A model generated the notes under the pieces. The model saw nothing but the letters and a program-made list of their open reading frames with translations, was not told where the DNA came from and searched no databases. 64,000 nt of DNA from a virus, in the IMG/VR virus record IMGVR_UViG_3300022927_001696, positions 1-64,000 of that record; one strand, written 5' to 3'. Position numbers and translations under genes: made by a program. This document shows positions 1 to 8,733 of this stretch, piece by piece. How positions within the stretch are numbered: the first letter of the stretch is position 1; every line of letters begins with the position of its first letter.

Positions 1-2684
1 ATCGCCGTTATAGAAACACTTTCTATATCACCAGCATCGTTAGTGAAACTGATAACACCAGTTGCACTATTATAACTTAAATCACCACTTACACTAATAG
101 CATTTCTGGCTCTTGCATCTGTATAATATAGATTGGAACCTTCACCAATATGAGATGTTGAATTTGGTATGCTGAACACACCAGTAGCACTATTATAACC
201 TGCAGAACCATTTGTTGCACTAATTGCCGCTCTTACTCTGGCGTCAGTATAATATTTGTTTGTGCCTTCTGCTAAATCATCAGTATCAAATGCTGACATG
301 TCAACACTTATTGTATCAGCCGCAACACTTATGCCTGTGCCTGCACCAATGTCCAGGGTAACAGTACCACTTAATCCGCCTCCTGACAAACCAGAGCCTG
401 CTATAACACCTGTTATGTCAGCACTATTAGTATTTGTGACTGTTATAGTTTTTCCACTATGTGTTACATCTATTCCACTACCACCCAATATGGAAACTAA
501 GTTGCCACTAGAAACACTTTCACTTGAACTTGTATCTGTGTCAAAATTCCAATTACCATAATTGTCTGCAGATGTACTAATTACTCCTGTTCCGCTATTA
601 TACGCAATAAGTCCAGTGCCACTAAAATGCGATCTAATATCACTTGCACTTGGGCCTGTATATGTAATAACACCTGTACCTGAATTATATGATAAACTAC
701 CATCACCGCCGTTATCAATAACACTAAATGCACCTCTGATTGCACTTATGTCTGCTTCTATTGTTACTGCTGTTGCAGTTTCACTTAAACTTGTATAGGT
801 TCCTTCTTCTAAACCTTTAATAGCATGAAAATCGTCTACGCCTATAGTTCTTTTACCTGCGTATAGTTCGTATGTACTTGTTCCTGTTGTACTGCCTACT
901 AGAGAATAAGATAAAGAACTATTGGCTTGTTCTGCTGTACCTAAACTGCTTGTTGGCGTAATTTGTTTTTTACTACCATTAACATATACCCATGCTTCAT
1001 TGCTGTCTGTAAATATAGCATTTTCGGTTGTTACATCTGTAGTTGGTAACAAAAGTTCACCAGTAAATGTTTTTACACCTGCTAAACTTTGATTACCTGT
1101 TGTTCTTATTACTGTACTATCTACTTCAATATCATTTGCATTTGCAGTAATACCATCTCCGCCTATAACATTCAATGTTCTTGTAGATGCTATTGTGCCG
1201 CCACCTGTTAAACCTGTACCTGCTGTAATACTTACAGATGTATGGTCTATGTGTTCATTTGCTACAAATCCATCTAAACTGTCATGTTGTATTTCACTTT
1301 CTACAGCCTGAAATGCTCCTGTTGAGCTATTATAGTCTACACCGTTACTTGCACTAAAGTCTGAAAATAGTAGCATGTTATTATCGGTGCTACCATCATT
1401 ACTAAACTGCCATCTGCTAGTTCCTTCGTCCCATTTTAAATATGTATCGTTACCTGTGGAACCTCTTTCATTTTTAATTACTGCATCTTGAGCCGTTACC
1501 ACATTACTGTTTAAAATTATTTCTGAATTTTGTACCTGTAGATCTACATAGTTAAGTGAGTTTACATTTCCTGTTACTGATAATTCTCCAGTAACTGTAA
1601 AGCCAGGTACTGTTGCCCCACTTAAATCTACTGTACCGGTAAATGTTTTTGTTCCTGCAATAGATTGATTACCACTTGTTCTAACTACAGTACTGTCTAC
1701 TTGTATATCATTTGCATTTGCAGTAATACCATCGCCACCCACAACATTAAATGTTCTACTTGTAGTTATATCGCCACCGCCTGTAAGACCTGTTCCTGCT
1801 GTAAGTGTTACGCCACTGTGATTTATATGTTCATTTGCTACAAAGCCATCTAAACTATCATGTTGTATTTCACTTTCAACTGCTTGAAAGGCTCCTGTTG
1901 AACTATTGTAGTCAACACCATTACTTGCACTTAATAATCCTTTGATATAGGAATCATCTGTTTGTATATCGTTAGCATTTACAGTTATACCTGTTCCGCC
2001 TACAATATCAAAAGTTCTACTTGATGTGATGTCCCCACCACCAGTTAAACCTGCTCCTGCAGTAAGAGTTACACTACTATGAGCAATGTGTTCGTCTGCT
2101 ACAAAATTTAATAAAGCATCATGATTTATAGCAACATCACTTGCTGTTGTAATTCTACCTTGTGCATCAACAGTAATTTGTGCCGCATCATTGCTTGTAC
2201 CATAAGTACCTGCAGTTACTCCACTGTTTACTAAATTGACCGGTAAAGTTACTGAGTCTCCAGCATTTATAAAACTTGTACTGCCTGTTGCATTACCGCT
2301 TAAATTTAAAGTTACTGCACTACTCAATGCATCTGCATTACTGGCGGTACCTGTTAAATTTCCTGTAAATCCTGAACCACCTATACTTCCGCCACCGTCT
2401 ATAATAATAGATTGGCCAGATGCTACAAATAAATTTCCTTGTAGTCCGGGTTCTGCGGCAATATTACCGCCATCAGTAAATGTTAATGAACCTAAAGTAC
2501 CGTTACTGTTTAAATTTAATATGGCCGGAGTATTATCACCATCACTGTTAATAGTGAAAACATTGCCTTGAAGATTTGTAACCTGCTGAGTTGTTTCAAT
2601 CTGAGTTACATTTCCTTCAATGGTCAGTTGACCTTTGATTACTAGTTCTTCATCTGCATTTATGTAGGTACGTTTTGTTGCCAT
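1..2684 (-). CDS. Long Gly/Thr/Ser-rich fibre protein (head or tail fibre), runs off the left edge (>890 aa)
   Basis: Not in the ORF track because its stop lies outside the window. ATG at 2684 reads MATKRTYINADEELVIKGQLTIEGNVTQIET. Contains AGxGLTGGG fibre motifs, SGVTAGTYG...ITVDAQGRIT and EGxNxYYTDAR repeats. Preceded by GATAAATA. Confidence 0.8.
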   Translation of the reverse strand, partial: MATKRTYINADEELVIKGQLTIEGNVTQIETTQQVTNLQGNVFTINSDGDNTPAILNLNSNGTLGSLTFTDGGNIAAEPGLQGNLFVASGQSIIIDGGGSIGGSGFTGNLTGTASNADALSSAVTLNLSGNATGSTSFINAGDSVTLPVNLVNSGVTAGTYGTSNDAAQITVDAQGRITTASDVAINHDALLNFVADEHIAHSSVTLTAGAGLTGGGDITSSRTFDIVGGTGITVNANDIQTDDSYIKGLLSASNGVDYNSSTGAFQAVESEIQHDSLDGFVANEHINHSGVTLTAGTGLTGGGDITTSRTFNVVGGDGITANANDIQVDSTVVRTSGNQSIAGTKTFTGTVDLSGATVPGFTVTGELSVTGNVNSLNYVDLQVQNSEIILNSNVVTAQDAVIKNERGSTGNDTYLKWDEGTSRWQFSNDGSTDNNMLLFSDFSASNGVDYNSSTGAFQAVESEIQHDSLDGFVANEHIDHTSVSITAGTGLTGGGTIASTRTLNVIGGDGITANANDIEVDSTVIRTTGNQSLAGVKTFTGELLLPTTDVTTENAIFTDSNEAWVYVNGSKKQITPTSSLGTAEQANSSLSYSLVGSTTGTSTYELYAGKRTIGVDDFHAIKGLEEGTYTSLSETATAVTIEADISAIRGAFSVIDNGGDGSLSYNSGTGVITYTGPSASDIRSHFSGTGLIAYNSGTGVISTSADNYGNWNFDTDTSSSESVSSGNLVSILGGSGIDVTHSGKTITVTNTNSADITGVIAGSGLSGGGLSGTVTLDIGAGTGISVAADTISVDMSAFDTDDLAEGTNKYYTDARVRAAISATNGSAGYNSATGVFSIPNSTSHIGEGSNLYYTDARARNAISVSGDLSYNSATGVISFTNDAGDIESVSITA
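1059..1931 (-). repeat. Internal ~99-codon duplication in the fibre gene (1635-1931 and 1059-1355); a third partial copy lies at ~1962-2123
   Basis: Both copies read SASNGVDYNSSTGAFQAVESEIQHDSLDGFVANEHIxH...TAGTGLTGGG...GGDGITANANDI...KTFTG and are 576 nt apart. Confidence 0.85.
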
Positions 2685-2709
2685 TTATTAAAATCCCAAT
2701 ATATAGAAC

Positions 2710-2717
2710 TATTTATC
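2710..2717 (-). promoter_or_regulatory. Putative late promoter GATAAATA
   Basis: Resembles the T4 late promoter TATAAATA; about 25 nt upstream of the fibre ATG; the motif recurs before many virion genes. Confidence 0.6.
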
Positions 2718-2733
2718 ATAATTATCTTCAGTC

Positions 2734-2762
2734 AAAAAAAAGCACACCGTAGTGTGCTTTTT
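2734..2762 (-). terminator. Rho-independent terminator after the major capsid gene
   Basis: Minus strand reads GCACAC-TACG-GTGTGC followed by T8 (C-UACG-G tetraloop). Confidence 0.85.
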
Positions 2763-2817
2763 AATGTTTCTAGTTAAACTAGCAACTGGTCGTCTACGAA
2801 CCTGTAAGTTTTAAGGC

Positions 2818-3963
2818 TTACTGGAATACAACGTTACTTAAAGTAATCGCATCAACGTAGTCTGCCGCATTACCAAGAGATGAAGCAGTATTTGTAAGTT
2901 CTTTATAACCATATCTAGTCATGAAACTTACTACTGGTTCAAATGTGCTTGGGTCCATCACTGGGCCTGTGCTCATTAATGGAATGTATGGGCAATAGAA
3001 TGCTGGAGCATCAGTTTCGCTTGAACCTTTGTAACCAACTAGTACTTTTGTACCGTCAGCCGCATAGTTGTCTACGAATACTTTGATTGTTCCGTTTAAT
3101 GTACCAACAAACTTAGTGTTTGTAGGTGCTTCAAAAGAACCTTCTGTTGTTCTAGCAAATGTTGAAGTTGACGCACTTTGTAGGATTGTCAATGCTTCTG
3201 GAGATACAACGATATAGTTACCAGCACCACGTCTTGTTCTAGCCGCGATTCTGTTAGCCGCTCTGTTGATCTCTATAGCCAATAATGCATGTCTGTCACC
3301 AACGTATGCAGGTGTACCAATTAATGATGAACCTGTAAAGTCTAGTGTAGTACCAGCACCTGCTAGAGTTCTTAGTGAACCGATAATTTCTTGGTCGATT
3401 TCAACTACGATCTCTTGAGCTAATGCCTGCATAATTTCTGCTTCAACGTCCACGCCATGCATTGCTTCTGCATCTTGTGCCGCTTCAAATGTCCATCTAG
3501 CACTTAAACGTCTTGTTTTTGCTTCAACAGTTTCTTTTAAGATTTGGATTGACATTTTGTTACCTGCTGTTCCTTCAGCCGCCGCTGTAGCGTCTGGAGA
3601 ACCTGCGTAACTACCTGCAAGTTTAAAAGGACTTAAAGCCTCGTCACCTGCTGTTGCTCCACCACCAGTTTCAGCATATCTGACTCTTAGTGTGTGGATT
3701 TGTCCTACTGGACCAGTCATAGGCTGAACGCCTACTAGTTCGTTAGCAATAACTGAAGGCATAACCCTTCTAATTAATGGTAACATAACTTTGTTTAATG
3801 TTGCTACTGAACCTGCACCTGTGGCACCTGCTGTTGCGGCCTCTGACAAATGTCTCTTTGTATTTTCGAGGACCACATCTAATGAAGATTTTCTGTTTCC
3901 AGATAAGCCTTCAAGCAAAGCGTCTTTAGTTGCGGACCAGTTGCTTTCAAATAATTCTGCCAT
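2818..3963 (-). CDS. gp23: Major capsid protein (T4 gp23-like)
   Basis: GVQPMTGPVGQIHTLR, VEAKTRRLSARWTFEAAQD, AFYCPYIPL, FMTRYG motifs. Confidence 0.95.
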   Translation of the reverse strand: MAELFESNWSATKDALLEGLSGNRKSSLDVVLENTKRHLSEAATAGATGAGSVATLNKVMLPLIRRVMPSVIANELVGVQPMTGPVGQIHTLRVRYAETGGGATAGDEALSPFKLAGSYAGSPDATAAAEGTAGNKMSIQILKETVEAKTRRLSARWTFEAAQDAEAMHGVDVEAEIMQALAQEIVVEIDQEIIGSLRTLAGAGTTLDFTGSSLIGTPAYVGDRHALLAIEINRAANRIAARTRRGAGNYIVVSPEALTILQSASTSTFARTTEGSFEAPTNTKFVGTLNGTIKVFVDNYAADGTKVLVGYKGSSETDAPAFYCPYIPLMSTGPVMDPSTFEPVVSFMTRYGYKELTNTASSLGNAADYVDAITLSNVVFQ

Positions 3964-3978
3964 TTCTAACTCCTGTTA

Positions 3979-5091
3979 TTATTTTGAAAGTCCGGCTAAT
4001 TTACGGATCATATCAATTTCTACGATATCATTCGCACTTTTGTCATCGGCTTCTGTTATTACAGCCGCCTTATTACCAGTGTGTTCACTAGTAACTGATT
4101 CTGACAACGTCTTCTTCACTCTTGGTGTTTCGCCATCTAAAACAGATGGAAGATACTTATTGAATTGCTTCTCTAAGTTCTCTGTCTTAACACTTTCAAG
4201 TAAGTCTGACATAATTTCTTTCTTCTCTTTGCCAAGTGGAGCCAAAAGTTCGTTTAATGTTTCTTTACGATTCATTTGATCTTCTGCTACTCTTAACTTA
4301 GACTCAGTTAAAGCAACTGCTTCTTCTTTATCAGCAATAATTTGCTGTGCTTCGTTAAGTTTAGTTTCCATCTCAGCGATTGTTTTTTCTACTTTCTTGA
4401 TTTCTTTTGCTTCATTCAGATAACTTACGTTATATTCATTTGCAAATGCTTCAAAAATTCTTCGACCGAAGTCATTTTCACGTGCCTTAGTAATGTCATC
4501 ACGGAAAGATTTAACTTCATTAGTAATTACGTTATTGACAACGTTTTCAACTTTGTCTGCCGCTTTCTTAATGAAATCTTGTTTGGCTTCTGCTAATTGC
4601 TTCTTGCCTTCTCTTACCATTTTAACTTTTTGCTCCACTAAGCCTTTTTTGTCTTCGTGGAATTCAGACAGTTCACTAGCAAGTTGCTCTGCTACAAAAT
4701 TATCTAATTTTGCTACATGCTCACTTGTTTTTGTTCTATCTGCTCTAAGTTCTTTAACTTCCTTTGCAACCATTTCAGTTACAAATTTGTCTAAAACTTT
4801 GGCATGTTCACTAATGGCTTTCGTGTATTTTACTCGATCGTTTGCAAGGGCTGTTTTTTCCTCTGCAATTTCCGCCACTTCTGCTGTTACTTTTTCTGAG
4901 ATGAATTTGTCCATTGCTTCAACGATTTGACCTTTGTCATGCTCGTATCTTTGTGCAAACTCTTCTCTAAGTTCCGCAGTAAGTTCTTCTCTTGCTTCAG
5001 AAATTTTACCTTCCCATGCTTCTTGAAGAGCAGATTTTACTTCTTCAGTAAGTTCCGCATTTTCAAGTAGGTCTTTAAAATTCACTGCCAT
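3979..5091 (-). CDS. gp22: Prohead core scaffold protein (gp22-like)
   Basis: Glu/Lys-rich coiled coil between the protease and capsid genes; GRRIFEAF motif. Confidence 0.8.
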   Translation of the reverse strand: MAVNFKDLLENAELTEEVKSALQEAWEGKISEAREELTAELREEFAQRYEHDKGQIVEAMDKFISEKVTAEVAEIAEEKTALANDRVKYTKAISEHAKVLDKFVTEMVAKEVKELRADRTKTSEHVAKLDNFVAEQLASELSEFHEDKKGLVEQKVKMVREGKKQLAEAKQDFIKKAADKVENVVNNVITNEVKSFRDDITKARENDFGRRIFEAFANEYNVSYLNEAKEIKKVEKTIAEMETKLNEAQQIIADKEEAVALTESKLRVAEDQMNRKETLNELLAPLGKEKKEIMSDLLESVKTENLEKQFNKYLPSVLDGETPRVKKTLSESVTSEHTGNKAAVITEADDKSANDIVEIDMIRKLAGLSK

Positions 5092-5100
5092 CGTAGTCTC

Positions 5101-5727
5101 CTACTTTATTTTTAATTCATTGATGAAACCAGTGATTGCTTTCATCAAATACTTTTCTGCACTTTTATCGTGTGTTAATGCTCCAGCGGTATCAAATAAT
5201 GATGCTCCGCCTCGCATGTTAAATAAACTTTCATAGATTGTCTTTGGGTAGGCATCTGGTGCACTTGGTTGTGCCACAATGTCCACTGTTACTATGTCGA
5301 AGTCGGAAACTTTACCACTTTCGTTAACGTTTCCTGAACCTCTACTACTTACACCAAGTTTAGCACCTGCTTTTAACAATGCTCTTGCAATGTTACCCAT
5401 TGGTGTTTCTATGATTTTTAATTTTCCTAATCCGTTTGAATCATCACAATGCATATCTGTTATTATGTGACTTACACGGTCTAGGTTAATTTGTAATTCT
5501 TCTGGGTGATCTAACTCTCCCATTACAGTTTCACCACTAGATAAACGAGATTTTACACTTTCTACTGCTTTTCTTATTTCATCTTTGGGATATACTCTAC
5601 CATTTTGGTTTTTTACATCACCTTGAATGAATAATCCTTGCATGAACAGGTCTTTACCGTCATTAGATTCAGTAATCTGAACCTTAGACTGCTCAGGACT
5701 CATGTATTCGTATAGTTTTCTCGCCAT
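5101..5727 (-). CDS. gp21: Prohead protease (gp21-like)
   Basis: NQNGRVYP, GELDHP, LGVSSRGSG, DIVAQPSAPDA motifs. Confidence 0.95.
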   Translation of the reverse strand: MARKLYEYMSPEQSKVQITESNDGKDLFMQGLFIQGDVKNQNGRVYPKDEIRKAVESVKSRLSSGETVMGELDHPEELQINLDRVSHIITDMHCDDSNGLGKLKIIETPMGNIARALLKAGAKLGVSSRGSGNVNESGKVSDFDIVTVDIVAQPSAPDAYPKTIYESLFNMRGGASLFDTAGALTHDKSAEKYLMKAITGFINELKIK

Positions 5728-5750
5728 CAGTTACTCCTAATTAAAAAGAC

Positions 5751-6569
5751 TTACGCCTTTTTAGGTTCAACGTTTATGTTATCTGTTGGTGTGTTATCTG
5801 CTGGTTTGTTGTCGCCCATACTACCTTCGCCGCCATCTTTATTTTCGATGCCTGCTTTTTGACCGTCAACTACAAATGTTTTCTTAGGTGCATTTGTAAG
5901 TGAAGATTCTTTGTTGTCTGGGTTTTCGTTTTTAGCAACTTCAGGTGCTTTATCTTGAAGTTTAGTTGCTTCTTCAACAACTTCATCTTCTTCAGCAACT
6001 TCTTCATCAAGATCATATTCAACTGACTCTAAATCGAGTTCGTCTTCCATGTCCATTTCTGCGTCCATTTCTGCTTCTTCACCGTCTTCGACTTCTTCGT
6101 CGTCTGCTAACAATTTTTCGAATTCTGCTTTAAGTTCGTCAAGCTCGTCTTCTAGGTCGTCAACTTTGTCCTCTAGGTCTCCGTTTTCTTCCTCTTCTTC
6201 GCTTTCTTCTTCTTCGCCGACTTCGTCTGCTTCGATTTCTTCTTCATCAGCAAGAATATCATCTTCAAAATCGTTTGATTGATCAATTACTTCATCAACT
6301 TCGAACTCTTCTTCGACTGCTTCTTCTGATTCTTCAACAGCCTCTTCTTCAGATTCTTCAGCCTCTTCAACTGCTTCTTCTTCTGATTCTTCTGCTTCTT
6401 CAATTTCTTCAACTGCTTCTTCTTCAGAAACGTCTTCATCTAGAACTTTTTCATATTCTGCTCTTGCTTTTGCAACAACATACTCATGAAGCATTTCTTC
6501 TGCTTTTTCGTTTTCTTCAGCAAGGAGAAGTTCAAGAATTTCTTCTAATTTACTTCTTGATTCTGACAT
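5751..6569 (-). CDS. Highly acidic prohead core / internal protein
   Basis: Extremely Glu/Asp-rich with EEAVEE repeats; sits between portal and protease like the T4 core genes 67/68; SD GGAG upstream. Confidence 0.6.
   Translation of the reverse strand: MSESRSKLEEILELLLAEENEKAEEMLHEYVVAKARAEYEKVLDEDVSEEEAVEEIEEAEESEEEAVEEAEESEEEAVEESEEAVEEEFEVDEVIDQSNDFEDDILADEEEIEADEVGEEEESEEEEENGDLEDKVDDLEDELDELKAEFEKLLADDEEVEDGEEAEMDAEMDMEDELDLESVEYDLDEEVAEEDEVVEEATKLQDKAPEVAKNENPDNKESSLTNAPKKTFVVDGQKAGIENKDGGEGSMGDNKPADNTPTDNINVEPKKA
6309..6428 (-). repeat. Tandem (S)EE(E)AVEE coding repeats, four copies
   Basis: SEEEAVEEIEEAEESEEEAVEEAEESEEEAVEESEEAVEE. Confidence 0.8.
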
Positions 6570-6610
6570 TGTGGTCTCTCCATATAAAATTTAAAGTGAT
6601 TGAACACTCA

Positions 6611-6645
6611 GCTCGGAAATATACCGAGCCATCTAATTACTTATA
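6611..6645 (-). promoter_or_regulatory. Late-promoter variant TATAAGTA (6638-6645) followed by a 5'-UTR hairpin GCTCGG/CCGAGC (6611-6629)
   Basis: Seen directly; lies upstream of the acidic protein-gp21-gp22-gp23 operon. Confidence 0.5.
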
Positions 6646-6654
6646 GTAAAGTTG

Positions 6655-6710
6655 TGTTTTTATGTATAAAAAGGTGTTTTTTGAGTGTTTTTGATGTTTT
6701 TTAGTTGTTT
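6655..6710. repeat. Helically phased TGTTT(T) tracts
   Basis: TGTTT begins at 6655, 6675, 6686, 6695 and 6706. Confidence 0.6.
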
Positions 6711-6718
6711 CTCTAAAG

Positions 6719-6726
6719 TATTTATC
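6719..6726 (-). promoter_or_regulatory. Putative late promoter GATAAATA
   Basis: Motif match upstream of the head operon. Confidence 0.5.
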
Positions 6727-6929
6727 TAAAATGCATTATTATTGTCAACTGGAGTAGCATACATTACCTTCTGAAATTTTGCATGTTCTAACTCTTCTGC
6801 ACGTTGTACTTCGCGAACTTTTCTGAGTTTGCCAAGAGTTTCAAGAGTCATTTTGCTCTTTCTTGTATCATCTTGATGTTGTTTTTGAAACTCATCAAAT
6901 TCAGGATTGTAAAATTCGTTTAATCTCAT
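6726..6929 (-). CDS. Small head-module protein (67 aa)
   Basis: ATG at 6929 immediately after the portal stop (MRLNEFYNPEF...), preferred over the track start at 6953. Confidence 0.65.
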   Translation of the reverse strand: MRLNEFYNPEFDEFQKQHQDDTRKSKMTLETLGKLRKVREVQRAEELEHAKFQKVMYATPVDNNNAF

Positions 6930-6930
6930 A

Positions 6931-8652
6931 TTAAAGTTCTGGTGTATTCCCACCAGGTATTTGGTTTGGATTTGTATCAGTAGTATTTATGCCTAGATCG
7001 TCTGTATTATCCATTGCTTGATCAGGTAAATCACCAAAGTCTAAATCTGCTCCAGGTGTTACCGATGCATCAGGCTCTGGTCTTATACCAAGATTTCTGA
7101 GATCTGCTTGTTTTTCACCATCAACAAATTTTTCATAACCGTTTTCTTTACGCCATAATTCTTCGTTGTCTTTAAATTCGTCTTCTGTAAGACCTAGATA
7201 TTTCTTCAATTTAAATTGATTACTTAAGAACGGTGTAGCCGCCAATGTATTAAACAAGTTAGCTCTTTCCTGATCAATTTGTAGGTCTCTATATGAACTA
7301 AAGTTCATTGGTTTATTAAATGTAATAAAGAAATCTGAATTATCTAATTCTATACCTCTGTGTTTGAGGAACATTTTGAATTCTGTATCTAAATCTTCTT
7401 GTATTTGTTTTTGTAATCTTTCACAGTATCTAGCAAATCTGTATTCCTGAATGTAAGCAATACCCACTTTACCGTCGTTATAAACACTACTTCCATCTTC
7501 TGGTCCAGTAGGCAAGTAACTGCTTGGTACTCTTAAACCTCTTAAAAGTTTATTATTAAAATATCTTAAATCGTCTATTTGTCCTAAGTTTTCACCGCCT
7601 GGTAGTGTGTCTACTTTACTACCTCTACCATCTGCCGTTTGTGCAAAGAAGTAATCTTCTAACATACTCATTGGATTGTAGGCCGCATCTGCAACACTAC
7701 TGCCATCTGACTTTTTATTAGGAACACGTTTTTGCTGTACTTCGTATTTTACTTGTTCCAAATACTGTCTTGCTTTATGTGGTGGCATGTTACCCACATC
7801 AATAAAGAACACACGTCTTTCAGGTGCTCTGTGAACCCTGTATATAATAATACTGTCTTCTAATAATTCTTTTTGTTTGAATACTTTAAATATTGGTTCT
7901 AAAATACTTACACCAAAAGGCCATGCATGGTCCATTGCTTCAGTTAAACTTATATGAACAACATGTTTTGCATCTACAGGAACACCCTGGTCTACACCGT
8001 CTATTGCACCAGTTAAATAGTTACCAGTTTGCGGTCCTTGAAGTCCACCGCCCATCATTCCGGCACCGGAGCCATATGGCCTTGCATGTAATCCGGACAC
8101 ATCTGTAGCAACCATATCTGCAAAGTTAGGTTCTAAATTTTTAATGAAATATGTTTCTATCTTTTTGCCTTCACTTTCATTAACAATAACTTTCTCTACA
8201 TTAGCAGGGTCTATCCAAAATAATTTATAAGTCTCTGGGTCTCTAATAAAGAATTGATCACCGTATTTTATAGTGCTACGGAACACTCTAAATGCTCTTT
8301 TATGCATCTCATTGAGCCTGCACCATTGAGTTAGGGTCTTAGTAATTATCTTTTGTTCTGTGTCAGAAGGGTCTCTATTATAGTTTATTTCAAAAGGAAG
8401 TCCACTATATTCATCTTCTTGAGTACCAAATTCTGCTATTGTGTCCAATGCTGAATTGATTTCTAAGTCATTGTCCATTTGATCATATTGCATATATCTC
8501 ATCAAACGGTTAGGAGAACCGGCATAAACTTCCGGCAACCAACTAGCATATCTGCTTGTTGCCGCTCCTGGGCCTCCTTCAGGGGTATTACCTGTTACAT
8601 TTAATGGTAAACCACTGTTATCGACACTAGAAAAGTATTTTCTCCAACTCAT
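6931..8652 (-). CDS. gp20: Portal vertex protein (gp20-like)
   Basis: LEDSIIIYRVHRAPERRVFFIDVGNMP, MSMLEDYF, TLPGGENLG, LRVPSSYL motifs. Confidence 0.95.
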   Translation of the reverse strand: MSWRKYFSSVDNSGLPLNVTGNTPEGGPGAATSRYASWLPEVYAGSPNRLMRYMQYDQMDNDLEINSALDTIAEFGTQEDEYSGLPFEINYNRDPSDTEQKIITKTLTQWCRLNEMHKRAFRVFRSTIKYGDQFFIRDPETYKLFWIDPANVEKVIVNESEGKKIETYFIKNLEPNFADMVATDVSGLHARPYGSGAGMMGGGLQGPQTGNYLTGAIDGVDQGVPVDAKHVVHISLTEAMDHAWPFGVSILEPIFKVFKQKELLEDSIIIYRVHRAPERRVFFIDVGNMPPHKARQYLEQVKYEVQQKRVPNKKSDGSSVADAAYNPMSMLEDYFFAQTADGRGSKVDTLPGGENLGQIDDLRYFNNKLLRGLRVPSSYLPTGPEDGSSVYNDGKVGIAYIQEYRFARYCERLQKQIQEDLDTEFKMFLKHRGIELDNSDFFITFNKPMNFSSYRDLQIDQERANLFNTLAATPFLSNQFKLKKYLGLTEDEFKDNEELWRKENGYEKFVDGEKQADLRNLGIRPEPDASVTPGADLDFGDLPDQAMDNTDDLGINTTDTNPNQIPGGNTPEL

Positions 8653-8671
8653 AAATATAATCCTTTTAGTT

Positions 8672-8700
8672 ATATTACACTATTTATCGTATTGTGTCAA
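8672..8700 (-). promoter_or_regulatory. Nested promoters for the portal gene: sigma70-like TTGACA-N17-TAATAT enclosing late GATAAATA (8681-8688)
   Basis: Seen directly on the minus strand. Confidence 0.5.
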
Positions 8701-8733
8701 GAGTGATTTTAATATTTGACAGGAAACTGGAAA

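Noticed and set aside
1059-1931. Fibre duplication as a DGR template/variable repeat pair
   Set aside because: Both copies are in-frame coding, many differences are synonymous and they are not adenine-specific, and no reverse transcriptase is present in the window.
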